Shown here: positions 1 to 13,652 of the stretch, one piece after another
Position numbering within the stretch: position 1 is the first letter of the stretch
How the letters are laid out: each line of letters starts with the position of its first letter
From: Eledone cirrhosa
Lineage: Eukaryota
Assembly: GCA_964016885.1 (NCBI GenBank)
Contig: OZ024741.1
Span: forward strand, 295,492,001 to 295,556,000
DNA length: 64,000 nt
Direction: 5' to 3'
The notes under the pieces: generated by a model
The model's database searches: none
What the model was told of the DNA's origin: nothing
What the model saw: only the letters and a program-made list of their open reading frames with translations
Position numbers and translations under genes: made by a program

Positions 1-1047
1 ACACATTTGCCGGGGATCGAGTAGCATGCGCCCGTCGTGGTCCACCAAAGACCGGATCGTGGCTTTGTTGCCACGACGCGCCTCCGCCACTCGGGCCCAT
101 TGAACGGCTTTCGTCCCCTCGTGTCTGAGAGCACGCACCCTAGTTCTGACAACCCAGCCTTCGTGCTTTGCATTGAAGAATTGGTCAAGGGCCAATTTCG
201 CCGCAAGTACGTCGGCCGCGATGCCTTTGCTAAGCGCCTCGTCTAATTTTCTAAATAGTTCTCCCTCTGATCTATTTTTCTCTATTGCTAAAGCCTTAAT
301 AAACCTAATAGACTCTATTCTAATCGCTCTTTTCAGAGCAAACCACCACTTGTTGTTGACGATGGCCCCCGTCAACGCCCGCTTAACTAGTTCGCTAATC
401 CGGTCTCTGTAGGCCTTGCGCGCTGGTAAGGACGCGTTTAGCTTCCAGTCGCCGGGTCCTCGTCTATGAAGCCTATCTAAGTCAAGCACACAGATCACGA
501 ATGTGTGGTCCGTGTAGCTAACTATCTTGAATTGTGGACAGCCTATGCTAGACCTATCTATTTCCCTACAAAATACTCAATCTAGATATGATCTGGATGA
601 CCCGATGCTGTTTGTCCAAGTCCACATTGGCACATTCGGGAAATCCAATCGCTACCTGTCAGACAGCTCAAAACGCCTGAGCAGTTTGGTGAGGCTCTCG
701 CACCCTCCTCCCCCATCCTCTAATCCCACACAGTCCCAGCATGCATCTAAGATCCCGTCCAGCACCACCAACTTACCTTCTGGGTCCAGAAAGATGGCTC
801 GTATGGCGAGATTCCAACCTCTCCGAAAAAGCACAGCAACTCATCCCCCCGATCCAGGACGGCTGGGAGATGCGTACACATCGTAGCCGCAAAAGATCGG
901 TGCGAAGGCCCGTGCTTCGGAGATTCTGGTCTCGCTGATGGCCACTACATCTATGTTTAGTGACCTGAGGTCGTTGAGCAGGTGGCCCTGCTTCCATGAC
1001 GACCCCAAGCCACGCGCATTTATGCTGCCTATTCTGAGTGAGGTCAT
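1..1047 (-). pseudogene. ORF2 N-terminus: APE-type endonuclease and linker, with stops and an apparent internal deletion
   Basis: MTSLRIGSINARGL...DVVAISETR, WTWTN...SRSYLD, SYTDH and WKLNASL are typical L1/Tx1 APE motifs. Confidence 0.85.
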
Positions 1048-1082
1048 GTTGAAATGGAGTTGAAAAAATGGGAAAGACCACT

Positions 1083-2991
1083 TACCTTACTTCTCGTAGA
1101 GGAAGGATGGTTTCTCCATCCTTTTCACTGCTTGTGGCCTCCTCCGGAAGGATGTCCTTATAAATCCTCCTGGAGAGTGCTTGTCGGAAGTCTTTGATGT
1201 CTTTGGGGAATTTTTGTTTTAGTGTCGTGTACGTTTTCTGTGTGATGCGAGAGATTTGTATGTGTGGAGGTGGTGTGAACTTTTGCGGTGTTGTGTAGTC
1301 TTTTTCTGTGATGCTGGTGTTGTGTTGGATGTAGTATAATAGTTAGTTGTTGTTCAAATTTAATGCTGTGTAGTGTGTATCGTTTTGGTTGTTTTGTTTT
1401 GTTTGCGTTTGTTGTGGGTTTGTTTCTGTTTCGCTTTTTGGTGACTTTTGTGGTGTTGGTGATGGTCGTGTTGGGGTTAATGATGGTGATGGTGTTGGTG
1501 TTTGTGGTGATGGGGTTGGTGATGCTGGTGTGGATGGTGGCATAGCTGTCCTAACTTTTTTGTTTGATAGTTTATTTGTTTCCCTCTGTATTTTGTTTTT
1601 GGAGGGGGAAGGAAGAGGATTTTTTTCTATTTTGGCTTCTTTTTCTTTTTTTTTCTTTTTTCCTGATACCGTTTCCCATTCCTCGTCGTCACAATCTGTC
1701 TCCAGTTGCGATAGGTCGGGGAGTGGAAAATCCTCCACAGGCGTTGGTTTTGGTTGTGGTGTGGTGGATGGTGTAGGCGCTGGTGCTAGTACTGGCGCGT
1801 TGGGTGGTGGTGGTGTTGGTTTTGCTACTGTTGCTGGGGTTGTTGCTGCTACAGTTGCTTCTGTTATTGCTGCTACAGTTGTTGCTGCCATTTCTGCTGC
1901 TGGTGGTGTTGATGGTTGCGTCACTGGGGTGGGTAAGAGAGGTGGCCTCAACTTTCTAGCCTGAGGGCAGAAAGCCCTTAGGTGGGTTCCTTCACCACAA
2001 ACGACACTCCTAGGCCTTCTACCCTCGACGATTACGGTGAGGTAGCTGCTGTCAGTGAGGTTTGCTTTTTTGGTCCGCTTGGATCAGGAGTTCCATCCCA
2101 GATCCGGACCAGTTCTCCTGCTTTTCTTTTGCTATTTCTATTATTTTGGTGTTGGCCTCGATGCCGGCGAGGACGGCAGCCATTAGCCAGGGAATTTCGA
2201 TGGCCGGTGGAATGTGGGTCACCCTGATCTTTACGCAATAGCTTGGGACGAGTGTGAAGTCGTCGCTTCTTAATGAGGCCATGGAGTGCTCTCGGGCCTC
2301 CTGTGGTGTTCCAAAGAACACGTCCACGGTTCCATATTTCTGCCCACGTCTGATGTGGGTTTTTTTGGCCCACACATGTCCCAAAGCTTTTTTTATTTGG
2401 GACTCGGATGCCCGTTCCACTCGGCGCGATTTTATGTTAATCGTCCGATAAGACACGGTGCATAGGCGCCGATGCTCCATTTTATTTGGTGGGGGGCTGA
2501 CTCTGTACCCATCTTTCTTTACCATTCTCTTGGCTTCTTCTAATTCCTCCTGAGTTACCTGGATTGTTTCGCATTTTTTTACTGCTTTGGCAAATGACAC
2601 GGTGCTGTTATTCTCATTGTTTTTGTTGCTGTTGTTGTTATTGTTATTTTTGTTATTGTTATTTTTAGTTTCAGTTGTGGTGGTGGTGGCGTCAGTGGTG
2701 TTCGGTGTGGAAGAGTCGATTCTGGGTGAATCCATTTCGATGTCACGAGATAATTTATTTTTTTCTTTTGTTTCTGTTGTCGCTGTGGTGGTGGTGGGGG
2801 TGGCGGCTTTAACACCTGCAGTTTTTTGGTAATGGCGGGAAATGAATGTCTGCATGAGACAAATTTAAATTATTGCTACTGCTTATATTTTTAGTGTTGG
2901 CAAACGTAGTAATATTTACAATGGTGGTGTTGGTGTTAGGTGTTAGTTTGTGAGGAAGGCTGTCAGCTTGGTGTAGCTGTGAGTAGTCCAT
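1083..2991 (-). pseudogene. ORF1 gag-like nucleic-acid-binding protein with zinc knuckle and Pro/Thr-rich tail; frameshifts and an internal stop
   Basis: ORFs 2052..2855 and 1343..1951; hand translation of ~1960-2030 gives VEGRRPR-SVVCGEGTHLRAFCP (CX2CX4HX4C with first Cys->Ser); the frame continues past the TAA at 1343 to ~1083. Confidence 0.75.
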
Positions 2992-3205
2992 GATTTTTTC
3001 AAAGAAATTTTTTGTTTGATAATTATAAAAGTTTAAATTTTGGGCTCAAGGCCCCAATCTTTTTGAGTGTCCTTTTCCGAAAGCAATATATGTGACCTTA
3101 TAAACACTTAACAACAAAAATGTTCCATAAATGGCAATTTGAAACAACTGAAAACAACAAACCTTTGCGGAGCTCACGATAATATGATTTCCTACGTAGG
3201 TCGCC

Positions 3206-3268
<63 letters not shown>

Positions 3269-3335
3269 GACGATGACGACGATGACGACGGCAGCGGCGG
3301 CAACAGAGGAGGAAGAGGAGAAGGAGAAGAAGAAG
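3206..3335. repeat. Compound trinucleotide microsatellite (AAT)n(GAT)n(GGT)n(GAC)n(GAG/GAA)n
   Basis: Directly visible. Confidence 0.9.
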
Positions 3336-3709
3336 GTAAGCAAATGCCCCCCAGTGTAAAATGTTGCTAAGAATATAGAGTAAGATAGAGTAAAATACAT
3401 TGTACATGGAGCAGAGGAAAGTTGGCAAATATACATACACTGCTGCTTGGAAAGTCTGTTGAAAGAGAATTTCCTGGTTAAATCCATCAGGAAATAAGAC
3501 AAGGCAGAGCAAACAGCAAATAGATGGAAGAAAATTTACCATGAAATAATAATAATGATAATAATGGTGGTTTATTTGAGACAGATACCCTGCTTTGAAA
3601 CATTCAAACCATTGCATTGAGTAAATTCATTTTATTGGAATATTAGGAAATATAACTTTACATTCTAAATACATAACTGTGTTCATTCATACAAGCAGAT
3701 TTGCACAAA

Positions 3710-3758
3710 TCTCTCTCTCTCTCCTCTCTCTCTCACACCCCCCTCTCTCTCTCGCTCG

Positions 3759-3820
<62 letters not shown>

Positions 3821-3840
3821 GTATGTATGTATGTATGTGT
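3710..3840. repeat. (CT)n / (GTAT)n microsatellite
   Basis: Directly visible. Confidence 0.95.
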
Positions 3841-4019
3841 ACATGGAAGCATGTTTATGTGTTATTAACCCATTTTATTACCAACCCACCCAAAACCAGC
3901 TCTGGCACTATGAAATAACCCCACCACTTTTAAAAGTTTCCAGTTTAAATTTGAATTAAAGGATCTGAGGCTTAGTTTTGATGTAGATTGTAAGTAAAAA
4001 CAGCAAAGTTCCACTCAAC

Positions 4020-4403
4020 AACCTTTTTAAATCATGAATCTTCTGTTCTTGCTTTCTGTTCACCAGGGTTGTTTGAGCTTCAATTTCTTCATGCAACTTT
4101 TGAGCTGTTCTATTTCTCTCCATTTGCTGTCTTAATGATTTTCTTATATCTGATTCCTCTTGATGAATAGTTGCTTTCATTGCTCTATCTTCAGTGAGCC
4201 TTTTTTATCTTTCCTCTTCTGTTCCTCTGATTCATCCTGTCTGTTCTGAGCATTTCTTATTCTTTGTTGTGCTGTTGTTTCCTACATCTGATTCCTCTTG
4301 ATGATAGTTGCTTCTATTGTTCTATCTTCAGCAATTCTTTTTGATCTTTGTGCCTCTGATTCATCCTGTCAATTCTGTGCACATCTTATTCTTTGTTGTT
4401 GAA
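4020..4403 (-). mobile_element. Probable Helitron RepHel N-terminal charged repeat fragment, inverted relative to the adjacent piece
   Basis: Repeated QQRIR..QNRQDESE.QR.KR..EDR..ATIHQEESD units resembling Helitron N-terminal E.EQR..RL repeats. Confidence 0.5.
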
Positions 4404-4424
4404 ACATTTAATTCAAAATTCCTC

Positions 4425-4848
4425 AAAATTTGTCCAAATTGTGGTGGTAAAAAATGGAATGGTGAGTCAACTGGATTAAATGGAAAGATTAAGTTTAGAC
4501 TATTATCTGAACCACCAGACCCTTGAAGGGACTGCTGATTGGTAAAACTGTTGAATGAAGACACTTTATTCAAAATATCCAGAAGTGTAATAATGCATTG
4601 CAAATGACATAATTTGGTGCAAATGTCATTCAATAAGATGGCTGTGTACCCACTTTCAAGATCCAAGGGCAAGTGTACCACTTCAGCCACTTTTGGAAGA
4701 AGAACCAAAATATTTACAATTGTATTGCATCAGTGATATGAAAATTCAAGCACAGACAAGATATGAAAGGAATAAAGAAACTAAGTATGAAATCGTGTTG
4801 CAATTAAAGCATATGTTACATAAAAGAAGCAGCTATATTAGAAGCTTC
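4425..4848 (+). mobile_element. Helitron RepHel fragment (Cys-rich region upstream of Rep), degenerate
   Basis: CPNCGGKKWNGE..G..NGK...L.EPPDPLKGLL..HFIQNI..NNALQMT.FG...PTFKIQGQVYH...EPKYLQLY..LKHMLH..SYIRSF match conserved Helitron motifs. Confidence 0.8.
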
Positions 4849-6610
4849 ATTATTTCCTTTAACCCAGGCAACACCAGGTACTTCTGCTAGCATATATATA
4901 TATATCAATAGTTTGACTTGAAGATAAAAACATAAAGTTTGCATCATGGTGGTGCCATTAATCTCAGTAGAATCTAGCGAAATATACATGTGATCTCATT
5001 GGCATCTTGGTGGCATCAATGAGTCTGGTGGGTCTTTTGCTCTGTGTATCCAGTGACATTGGTAGGCTGAATGTTCAATAGATCTATTGTAATTTTGGGT
5101 CCCCTATCAACTACTTATTAACCAGCTTGATATCTTTCATAAGTGATGTCTACAAACCATTTGTCAATACAGCTTCAATGACAGATTTTCAAATATTGAC
5201 TTATCCTCTCAATGTAAAATTGATGCTATTGAATCCTTTTTCTTTTTGTTTATTTATTTATTTTTTTTTTTTTGTAATCTCAATTAAAATGTGGTGACAA
5301 TAGAATTCCAAAAGTCCTTATGTATAGCCAGCTCTGTGATGGAAGGAGAAATGTACAAAGAACATGGCTGAGATACAAGAAAAGGCTCAAAGATAACCTG
5401 AAAGTGACAAAGATTTCCCAAAGACATTTAAAGAACTACAATAAATGGAGGTTAACTTGCTAAAAATCCATGAAAAATTATGAAATAAGCAGTATTCATG
5501 GTGTTAAAGTTCTTCATACCTGTCAAAGGCAAATTTTTCCAATTCTTCAAGACAAATTTGGGCATGTAGAGGTAGAGATAGAAGAAATCTACCCTTATAT
5601 TTAGACAGTTGGTTGAATTGGGTAGCTTTGTTAGAATGTGTGATCTTTCCATCATACACCTCAAATCATAGTGACTGTTTTCCTTTGTGCCTTCTCTTCT
5701 TTCTGATCTTATTTGTTAATTATTCCCCTACATTAGAGTATAAAATTTAGCTGAATCGGACTGCTTTTTCTAGCAGCCCATTACTTACCATTGTCCACCT
5801 ACCACTACCCTTCTGTTGACAGTTAATCATATGATAATTCTTCCATTCGAAATTATCCCTGGTAGCAGATAAATCAGAAGATTTTTTTGATAATTGAGAA
5901 GTTCCCTGATAAGCTGAGATTTCTCACAGTATTCAGATACTCAAATTACTGAGAATACTCAGTGAAACTGCAATTGGGATATCATAGTAATGAAAATGTC
6001 TTTCTTATCTTGTTTACTTTTCCCAAATATAATTTTATTATGCTCTGAATAATTGATTTTTAATAATTCCTTCATTGCACCAAACTGGTATTGGTTGGAC
6101 TCCCTCATATGTATGTCTATACTTGTGTATAAAAATATATATATATGTAACTTCAATTAATCATCATCATCCTCATTTAACATCGAACTTCCACGCTAGC
6201 ATGGGTTAGACGGGTTTATCCCAATTAAAGTGTGTGCTGGGTGCTTTTTGCCATGTCTTTTACACAACCACTTTACAGTGAGGCCTGGATGTATTGTGGT
6301 ACCAACATAATACCCATTCTAGCTTACTCTTAATCTCTACCTTATCTTTCTCTGTCCCTCTCCTTATACCCTCTCTACCTCCATATATGGTAAACATCAA
6401 AACCTTTACCTATAACAATGATCATAGAATAATTGTTCCACATCACAGCACATGGATTGATAAGGTGAAACTCTTCACCCCCACTCCCTCTCTAATATCA
6501 CACTAACTGACTGTATTTCATGCTATTTTTAACATATTTACATTTTCTTAAACGAAAATCTCATTACTGAATTCTGCTTCATGGTCAACAGTTGAATTCG
6601 CCAACTATAA

Positions 6611-6722
6611 GCTTTCTGATGAAGTGTAATAAATAATTATGTATTGCATATGATTGAACAATATATTTTGTAGTCAGCATATGTAGACAATTTATAATAG
6701 ACATGGAAACATATGTCAAAGC
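6611..6722 (+). ncRNA. Minimal hammerhead ribozyme motif with long, degenerate stem II
   Basis: gcttt-CTGATGA-(~83 nt)-GAAA-catatg-TC-aaagc; stem I gcttt/aaagc; palindromic acatatgt; followed by a short tail and TA-rich sequence. Confidence 0.65.
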
Positions 6723-7067
6723 AAATAAGTTCATAATCTCTTCACGCCAATGTTTTATTTTTCTTGGTGCAATACTTACTTATATTAATATATATATATA
6801 CATACATACACATATATATCATGAAAATGATATAAATATATATATTTGCGTGCATATACATATACCATACATATGCATATACATATATATGGTTGGTGTT
6901 AGGAAGGGCATCCAGCTGTAGAAATCAAGCCAGAATCAGTTCCCGTCCCACCCTTGCAAGCAGGGAAAAGTGGACGTAAGATGATGATGATGATGATGAT
7001 ATGTATATATAAACATATATATATGATACATATATATATACACACATCATATATATACATATATATA

Positions 7068-8155
7068 AATCATCATCGCCGTTAAACATCCATCTTCCAG
7101 ACTAGCATGAGTAGGACCGATTGACCCTTAGAGAGAAAATCAGGTCAGAGGACCATGTTAAACTCGCCCGGAGCAGATTTTGGCTTGGTTTCTACAGCTG
7201 GGTGCCCTTCCTAAAGCCAACCACATTTACGGTGTGTGCTGGGTGCTTTTTGTCATGTCACCTACATGACCACATTACATTGTAGACTGGGCACCTTTTG
7301 TTGCATCACCTACATGACCACTTTACAGTGGGGACTGGGCACTTTTGTCTTGGAACTAGGGACGGGGGAGGAAGCTTGGGGAATTTGCAGACATAGGTAA
7401 TAAGGGAGGGATGGTTACTGCAAAGGGAGGTGTATGAGAGGAAGGTGTTGCCTATTAAGTATAAGCCTCATCCTGAGAATAATAGAGGGCGGGTCTTCTG
7501 TAATACTAAATAGCCCCAGAGTTCATGGTCCTGTGTCATGGCCTTAGTGAGGTGTAATTGTGCAAGGTCAGCTTTTATTACCTCATCGCAAGTCTTCCTA
7601 GGCCTGTCAACTTTACAGCTACCATTAACTTTGAGTGATCTGAACCTTTTTATACAGCTGTCATCCTTCATACACATCACATGTCCATACGAACGCAATC
7701 TCCTTTCCTGCACGCAACAACTGATCCCTCTTATGCCTAATTTCTCACGCAGTACATTTATACTTTGCCATTCACATATATTACTATTGCACATCCAGCA
7801 AAGCTTGGAGGTTTCATTCCTTTCCAATCTTCGCAGGTCCTCACACAGTACCCAGGTCTCGCTGCTGTGCAGCATTGCTGTTCGTATACATGCCTCATTC
7901 ATTCTGTCTTTCGTTTTGAGGGAAAAACCTTTTGTAGTTAGTAACGGTAGTAGCTCCCTAAACTTTCTCCAGCCAGATCTCACTCTGGTTACTGTGCTTT
8001 CAGAACACCCGCCCCCACAACTGATTTGGAAACCCAGGTAACAGAAACTATCTACCATTTCAACCGAGCCCTCTGAGGATTTGAAGATGATTGTATCCTG
8101 AGGGTTCTTGCACTGGCCATAAGTAAAACCTACATTCTTTGTTAGCCTGCCAGAG
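7068..8155 (-). mobile_element. RTE-clade LINE 3' fragment (end of RT, C-terminus, 3'UTR, (ATG)n tail)
   Basis: ORF 7468..8199 VDSFCYLG..GWRKFRELLPLL..ERRLRSYGHV; 3'UTR shared with 12125-12420. Confidence 0.9.
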
Positions 8156-8532
8156 AATATATACACACACACATATACTCTCGGGTGTTGACTAATCACT
8201 CCCCTCCCCCGCTTATTAATTTTTCATATTCCCTTCACTTATTAGACTTGACTAATCTATCTCCTGTGAAATGTTATTTCAAGTGGTATCATTCCTGTGA
8301 CAATTAATTTTCTTTAGACATTAAAAATCATTATGCATGATAAAAAAAAGAATATTACAAGAAATCCCATTATAAAATAAATAGGATGAGTTTGGGTCTC
8401 AATATGTAAACTGAACGACTAATTCTGATTTTAAAAAAACAAGGGAGACAACCTTGAAAAATTATCGATTTTTCCAAACCCCTTACCCTTTCACTTATTC
8501 CATCCCAACCCCGTATGATTTGGGACCCAAGA

Positions 8533-8534
<2 letters not shown>

Positions 8535-8605
<71 letters not shown>
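8535..8605. repeat. (TA)n microsatellite
   Basis: Directly visible. Confidence 0.97.
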
Positions 8606-8608
<3 letters not shown>

Positions 8609-10607
8609 ATAAAAGCAAGTTCTTTACTCCATTGCTTTATTTGATATATATATATATTCCTTTTGAACAGTGTGTATTTATATTTCAGAACAACAAAAGT
8701 CAGTGAATGAGGTAAACAAGATACAAGACGTTTTATACCTAATGAATAAATATAAAATCCTTCAGACAATGCAAACATTTATATTTTAAACCTTCTTATA
8801 TAATAGATAATTCCAATAAGTGAATTATCTGAATAAAAACAGCAAACAAAAAAAATGATGTTTTTGTGAGCATATGAAATTGAAATATGATGTCCAACTT
8901 GAAAGTATATATCCTAAATTCCAAAGTAGTATGTAGATGGAAGATATACGTTTTGGAAAAATAGGAATATTAAAATAAGTGGTTTTGTTTCTATTCTCAA
9001 GATTAACAAAATTCTATCCACTGCAATTTAACTAAAACAACAACAAAGCAATGAAGACATTGTTAGCATCACATAAACTTGTTAATAAATACTAGCAATA
9101 TTTGTCTATATTTCTTCAAACGTAAGCCAACATAAAATTCTCTGTAAAATATGAATAGATAATGAGGATCTTTTCTCAAATCTACAAGGGCCAGTCAAAA
9201 AGTAATGCCTTTTTTATCATAGCAGGCTTATTTGAGTTAAAATTTGGCACAAAAGTAAAAGCACATATCTTCTTGAGACTAAACTATCTCATTACGTTTT
9301 TCTGATAGGTATGAGTGACTGAGATGATTTCAAGATGGCCGCCTCCATAAAATTCTTCCACCATAGTAAGACCCGTTGTTAAGTTTTGTTCTAAACACAA
9401 GCTAAATACCTCCAAATACTTGATTTTTGGTTTTAGACTTGGATAATTTTTATTATCATATAACAAATATATAATTTTTAAAAGAAATACATACATATAA
9501 TCAATTAATTATTGCTAGAAATCTTATAAATATAATACACAAAAATATACAGTCAAAGCGAAAAAAGAAACATCAATTCAACAAGAAGTGCATCAATCAC
9601 TTACTCACCACAAGCAACAGGGAACATTTTTAATGCAAGCCAACATGTTCACAGTGTTACCGCTGGTGATGGCAAGGCTAAGGTGCTAAAACAACCAAGC
9701 ACCCTCATGGACTTGGTTCAAAAATTATTTGAAAATCTTTGGTTGTGTCTTTCAATGGAAATAGGGAAATGAATGAGTTAAATTACTGACTTGTTAGCAA
9801 TACTTGTTTTTGGATCCACCATAGTAACAGTGATTATTGATTCCTTAACTGGTAATGGAGTTGTCAGTGTTTTGGCATGGGGTGTGTCTGGGCTAGCACC
9901 CAGACCTCTCCTGGTTGAGGAAGGGGCAGGAGGAAGAGGAGGAGGAGGAGGAGAAGAAGATATACTGATAGTGGCTTTAAATACAATTATTTCACAGTGA
10001 TCAGTTAAGAGTAATGTAAGTGGAAACGGAGAAGAATGTAATAACATTTGAAGCTGTAGGCCCAGTTGGTCTCACTTTTTATATTCACAGTGAAATTGTA
10101 TAAACACAAAGACAAACTTTATAATTGACCAATGTATTTAATATATTTTAATTATGTTGTTTGCACATTGGTTTCTTTTTCGCATTAATATTCATACTTT
10201 ATCCTCATTTAATCTCTTAGCTACTACTCCCCTTGAAATTACAATCTTTGGTTCTATTTTCTTTGAAATAACAGAGACAGTCTAGAAGTAGAGAATACTT
10301 TTTTGCAATATAGGAACTAGGCAAAAACTTCAATCTTGGTGTGACAATGAAATACTCCTAGTATACTCTGTAAAGGGGTTGATGATGAAACAGGGATACC
10401 ATAGAGTACAGATGACCTTTTATTCTTCTTGAGAACATGACAACCTCTCTAGTGTTGATGTCATGACAAAATACAGTAGACTTTGTAAAGTGTTTTGTGT
10501 TATGCAAGCTATCCCCCTGTAGAATCCATACTAAGAATTAGAATGTATTTGAGAGATGTGATCACCCTGAACCTGTGTAAGGGGTCAGTAACTCTAGATA
10601 TGAACAA

Positions 10608-10982
10608 TTCAGAACCAATTTATGGAAGACATCCTAGGAGAAGAGCTGCCCAAACCTTCATCGATCAACTCTCAGAAAATACAACCCTCAGAAGGGAGCA
10701 GTTGCCAGGAGCAATGGAAAATCATGAATTGTGGAGAGACTTTGTCAGGAAAGTTCAACTTTGGTCCACAATGATGATGAAGATGATCTATCTATCTATC
10801 TTTCTAGCTATCTATCTACTGTGGGAACCAACTCATGGAAGACACCCTAGAGGAAGACCTACCCGAACCTTTATCAATCATACTTCAGTATGGAGCAGTT
10901 ACCAAGAGCAATGGAAAATCGTAAATTGTGGAGAAACATGGTCAGTAATGTTCGATTGTGGTCACAAAGATGATGATGATGA
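10608..10982 (+). mobile_element. Two tandem 3' ends of an RTE-like LINE family
   Basis: EP.HGRHPRGRP.RTFID..LP.AMEN.ELWR, present twice, each ending in (GAT)n. Confidence 0.65.
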
Positions 10983-11221
10983 ATATCAGTACCAATAATA
11001 TATTTGGTATGAAAGTTTTATGAAGTGGGGATTATTGGTATATGTAGGAAACATATCAAATTTAAGTTAGTAACAAATAGAAACTGAACATAGAGAAGAG
11101 AGAAGAAACGTAATAGTGAGAACAAATTAATCCATTAATAACAAAAGAAAAGTCTATTTTAAATTGTTGTTGCTACTTCAGATTAAGATAAAGAATCAAT
11201 AAAAGTTATCTCTATTTCTTG

Positions 11222-11475
11222 TGAAGGTGCATGGCTTGCTGGTTAGTGTGTTGTATTCGTAATCGGGAGGTTGCAAGTTTGATTCCTGGACCAGATGATG
11301 GTGTATGTCCTTCAGCAAGATACTTTATTTCATGTTGCTCCTTCTGCCAGGAGTTGCAGCTAGTAGATAGCATCAGCAATGGAAAGACCAATGGAAACAT
11401 TGTTTCCTTGGTCCGATTTGACAAGTTCCACCCAACTCAGTAAGTGAATGGGGTCTGAGAAGTAGTCAATCGATA
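11222..11475 (+). mobile_element. tRNA-derived SINE (family S2, CORE-like central part)
   Basis: A-box-like tggcttgctggttag, B-box-like gtttgattcc, gcaagatactttatttca; multiple copies in the window. Confidence 0.75.
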
Positions 11476-11707
11476 CCAATATATATTTCTTGTGTTCTAA
11501 AAATCAGTTAAAATTGTGCTTCTGGGAAAACCAGTAAAAATACAGGCTATAGATACATTTGATGTGTTTGAACACTCTATGTTCTGTAACTTACTGATTT
11601 GAGAAATAGAGATCAATAAAATAAATTGCCTGATTTTAAAAAAAAAAGGTAATGGGTCCCATCAACTAAAAATACCTGAAGACAGTGCTTCATTATGGCC
11701 TTGTGCC

Positions 11708-12014
11708 CAGGGTTGGATTTAGACCTTGGAGGGCCCAGGGCAATTCAGGTTCCGAGGGCCCCCTCATACACAAAAAATTAGAATACGCAGCAACCCCCAC
11801 CCAAATTTTATATATCAAAGTTAGCTTGGCACAAGTAATTAGAATTGAAAAGTTATACATACAGGTATTAAATTCAAAAATTCTAACTATCCTAAAACTA
11901 AAAACCCAGCTGAGAGCACAAATAAATTGCTATGGCCATTGCTGGTGCCCCACTGCCACAATGCAGAGGGCCCAGGGCAATTTTCCCCTTTCTCTCCCAT
12001 TAAATCTAGCCCTG
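11708..12014. mobile_element. hAT-type MITE (~307 bp)
   Basis: TIRs cagggttggattta / taaatctagccctg; 8-bp TSD cttgtgcc on both sides. Confidence 0.9.
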
Positions 12015-12123
12015 CTTGTGCCAGTGACTGAAACCAGTAAAAGAATATAAGAATTAAATGGTTAAAATATCCGTTTCTGTTGATAGAAACAGTGAAATGT
12101 TTGTCTGTTAATCTAAATGGGTA

Positions 12124-13652
12124 TCATCATCATCATCATCACCGTTTTACGTCCGTTCTTCCACGCTAGCATGGGTTAGACGGGTTGTCCTGTTGTGGGC
12201 AGTGTCTGGTCGGCTGACCATGCCTTGCTCATACAGGAACTGATTTGGCTTGATTTCTACAGCTGGATGCCCTTCCTAACACCAACCTCATTTACAGTGA
12301 GTGCTGGGTGCTTTTTCGTGGCGCCTACATGTCCACTTTACAGTGTAGGCTGGGTGCTTTTTTGCCGTGGCACCTCCACGACCACCTTGCAGTGGGGGGC
12401 GTGGGGGCATATTGTCTATATGCTTCAGCTTGTACCCATGGGAGGTCGGGTACTCTGTATTACTGCGTGACGCCAGAAGTCACGGTTGTGTGTTTTTCCC
12501 TTTGAGAGGTGTAATTGGGTAAGGTCGGCTTTTATCACCTCATCCCAGGTCATCTTGGGTCTCCCAACTCCACGGTTTCCATCAACTTCTAGTGCTCTGC
12601 ACCTTTTTATGCAGCTGTCATCCTTCATACGCATCACATGTCCATACCAGTGCAACCGCCTCTCCTGCACACAGCATTTGATTCCTCTTATGCTCAGTCT
12701 CTCTCTCAATTCATTTATGCTTTGTCGTTCACGTATATTACTTTTACACATCCATCGGAGCATGCAGGCTTCGTTTCTCTCTAATCTACGTAAGTCTTCC
12801 ACCTTCAGCGCCCAGGTCTCACTACCATGCAACATTGCTGTTCGGATACACGCATCATACAGTCTGCCTTTCATTCTGAGGGAGAAGCCTTTTGCAGCTA
12901 GCAGTGGTAGTAGTTCCCTAAACTTCTTCCATCCCGTTCTTACCCTAGTTATTGTACTTTCTGAACACCCACCTCCGCTGCTAATTCGGTCACCTAGGTA
13001 GCAGAAGCTATCTACTGTTTCTACAGAGCCCTCCCAGAGATTGGTGGTACTTGTTTCCTGTGGCTGTTTGCTGCTTGCTGTCTCAGCACAGCTGCTGCAT
13101 GTGAAGCCTACATTCTTAATTAAGCTTCCTGAGATCCCGCTACATCTCTTGTGTACCCATTGTTTGCATTTGGGGCAGAGAATGGAGTTCCTACCTACAC
13201 CTTTCCTACATACTGAGCAAGGCCATTTCCCTGAGGGGATCTGGGTTCTGTTTTCTCGTCTACTTACAAGGACTTTAGTCTTTGTCATGTTGACTTTGAG
13301 ACCCTTTCTTTCTAGTCCCTGCTTCCATTCTAAGTTTGGAATTTATTCTCTAGTTCTACCATAGATTCAGCTATGAGTGCGAGGTCATCAGCATACAGGA
13401 GTACCCATGGGCATCCGGTCTTAAACTCCTCCGTTATTGCCTGCAGGACTATGATGAACAGGAGGGGCTAAGAACAGAGCCCTGGTGGACCCCAACCTGT
13501 ACGCTAAATTCCTCGCTATACTCATTGCTAATCCTAACTTTGCTGACTGCTCCCCTATACATGGCTTGTACCGCTTTCACAAGCCATTCATCTACTCCTA
13601 GTTTTCTAAGAGCCCACCAGATTACAGCACGTGGAACTCTGTCAAAGGCTTT
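12124..13652 (-). mobile_element. RTE-clade LINE, 5'-truncated (RT with PHD-like insert, C-terminus, 3'UTR, (ATG)n tail)
   Basis: KAFDRVPR, GVHQGSVLSP, LLYADDL, ORF 12425..13288. Confidence 0.93.

Larger units (their letters stand above)
1..3205 (-). mobile_element. L1/Tx1-type non-LTR retrotransposon, 5' half (5'UTR, ORF1, start of ORF2), degenerate; continues off the left edge
   Basis: Gag-like ORF1 followed by an APE endonuclease ORF2 on the minus strand; the 5' end abuts (AAT)n at 3206. Confidence 0.85.

Noticed and set aside
8725-8772. Hammerhead-like string on the minus strand (also near 27075 and 63570-63630)
   Set aside because: Core nucleotides are mutated and stem I does not pair; not distinguishable from chance
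9600-10075. Possible host exon on the minus strand (Pro-rich ORF 9778..10047, donor-like sites)
   Set aside because: No recognisable domain and no consistent exon structure; needs RNA-seq
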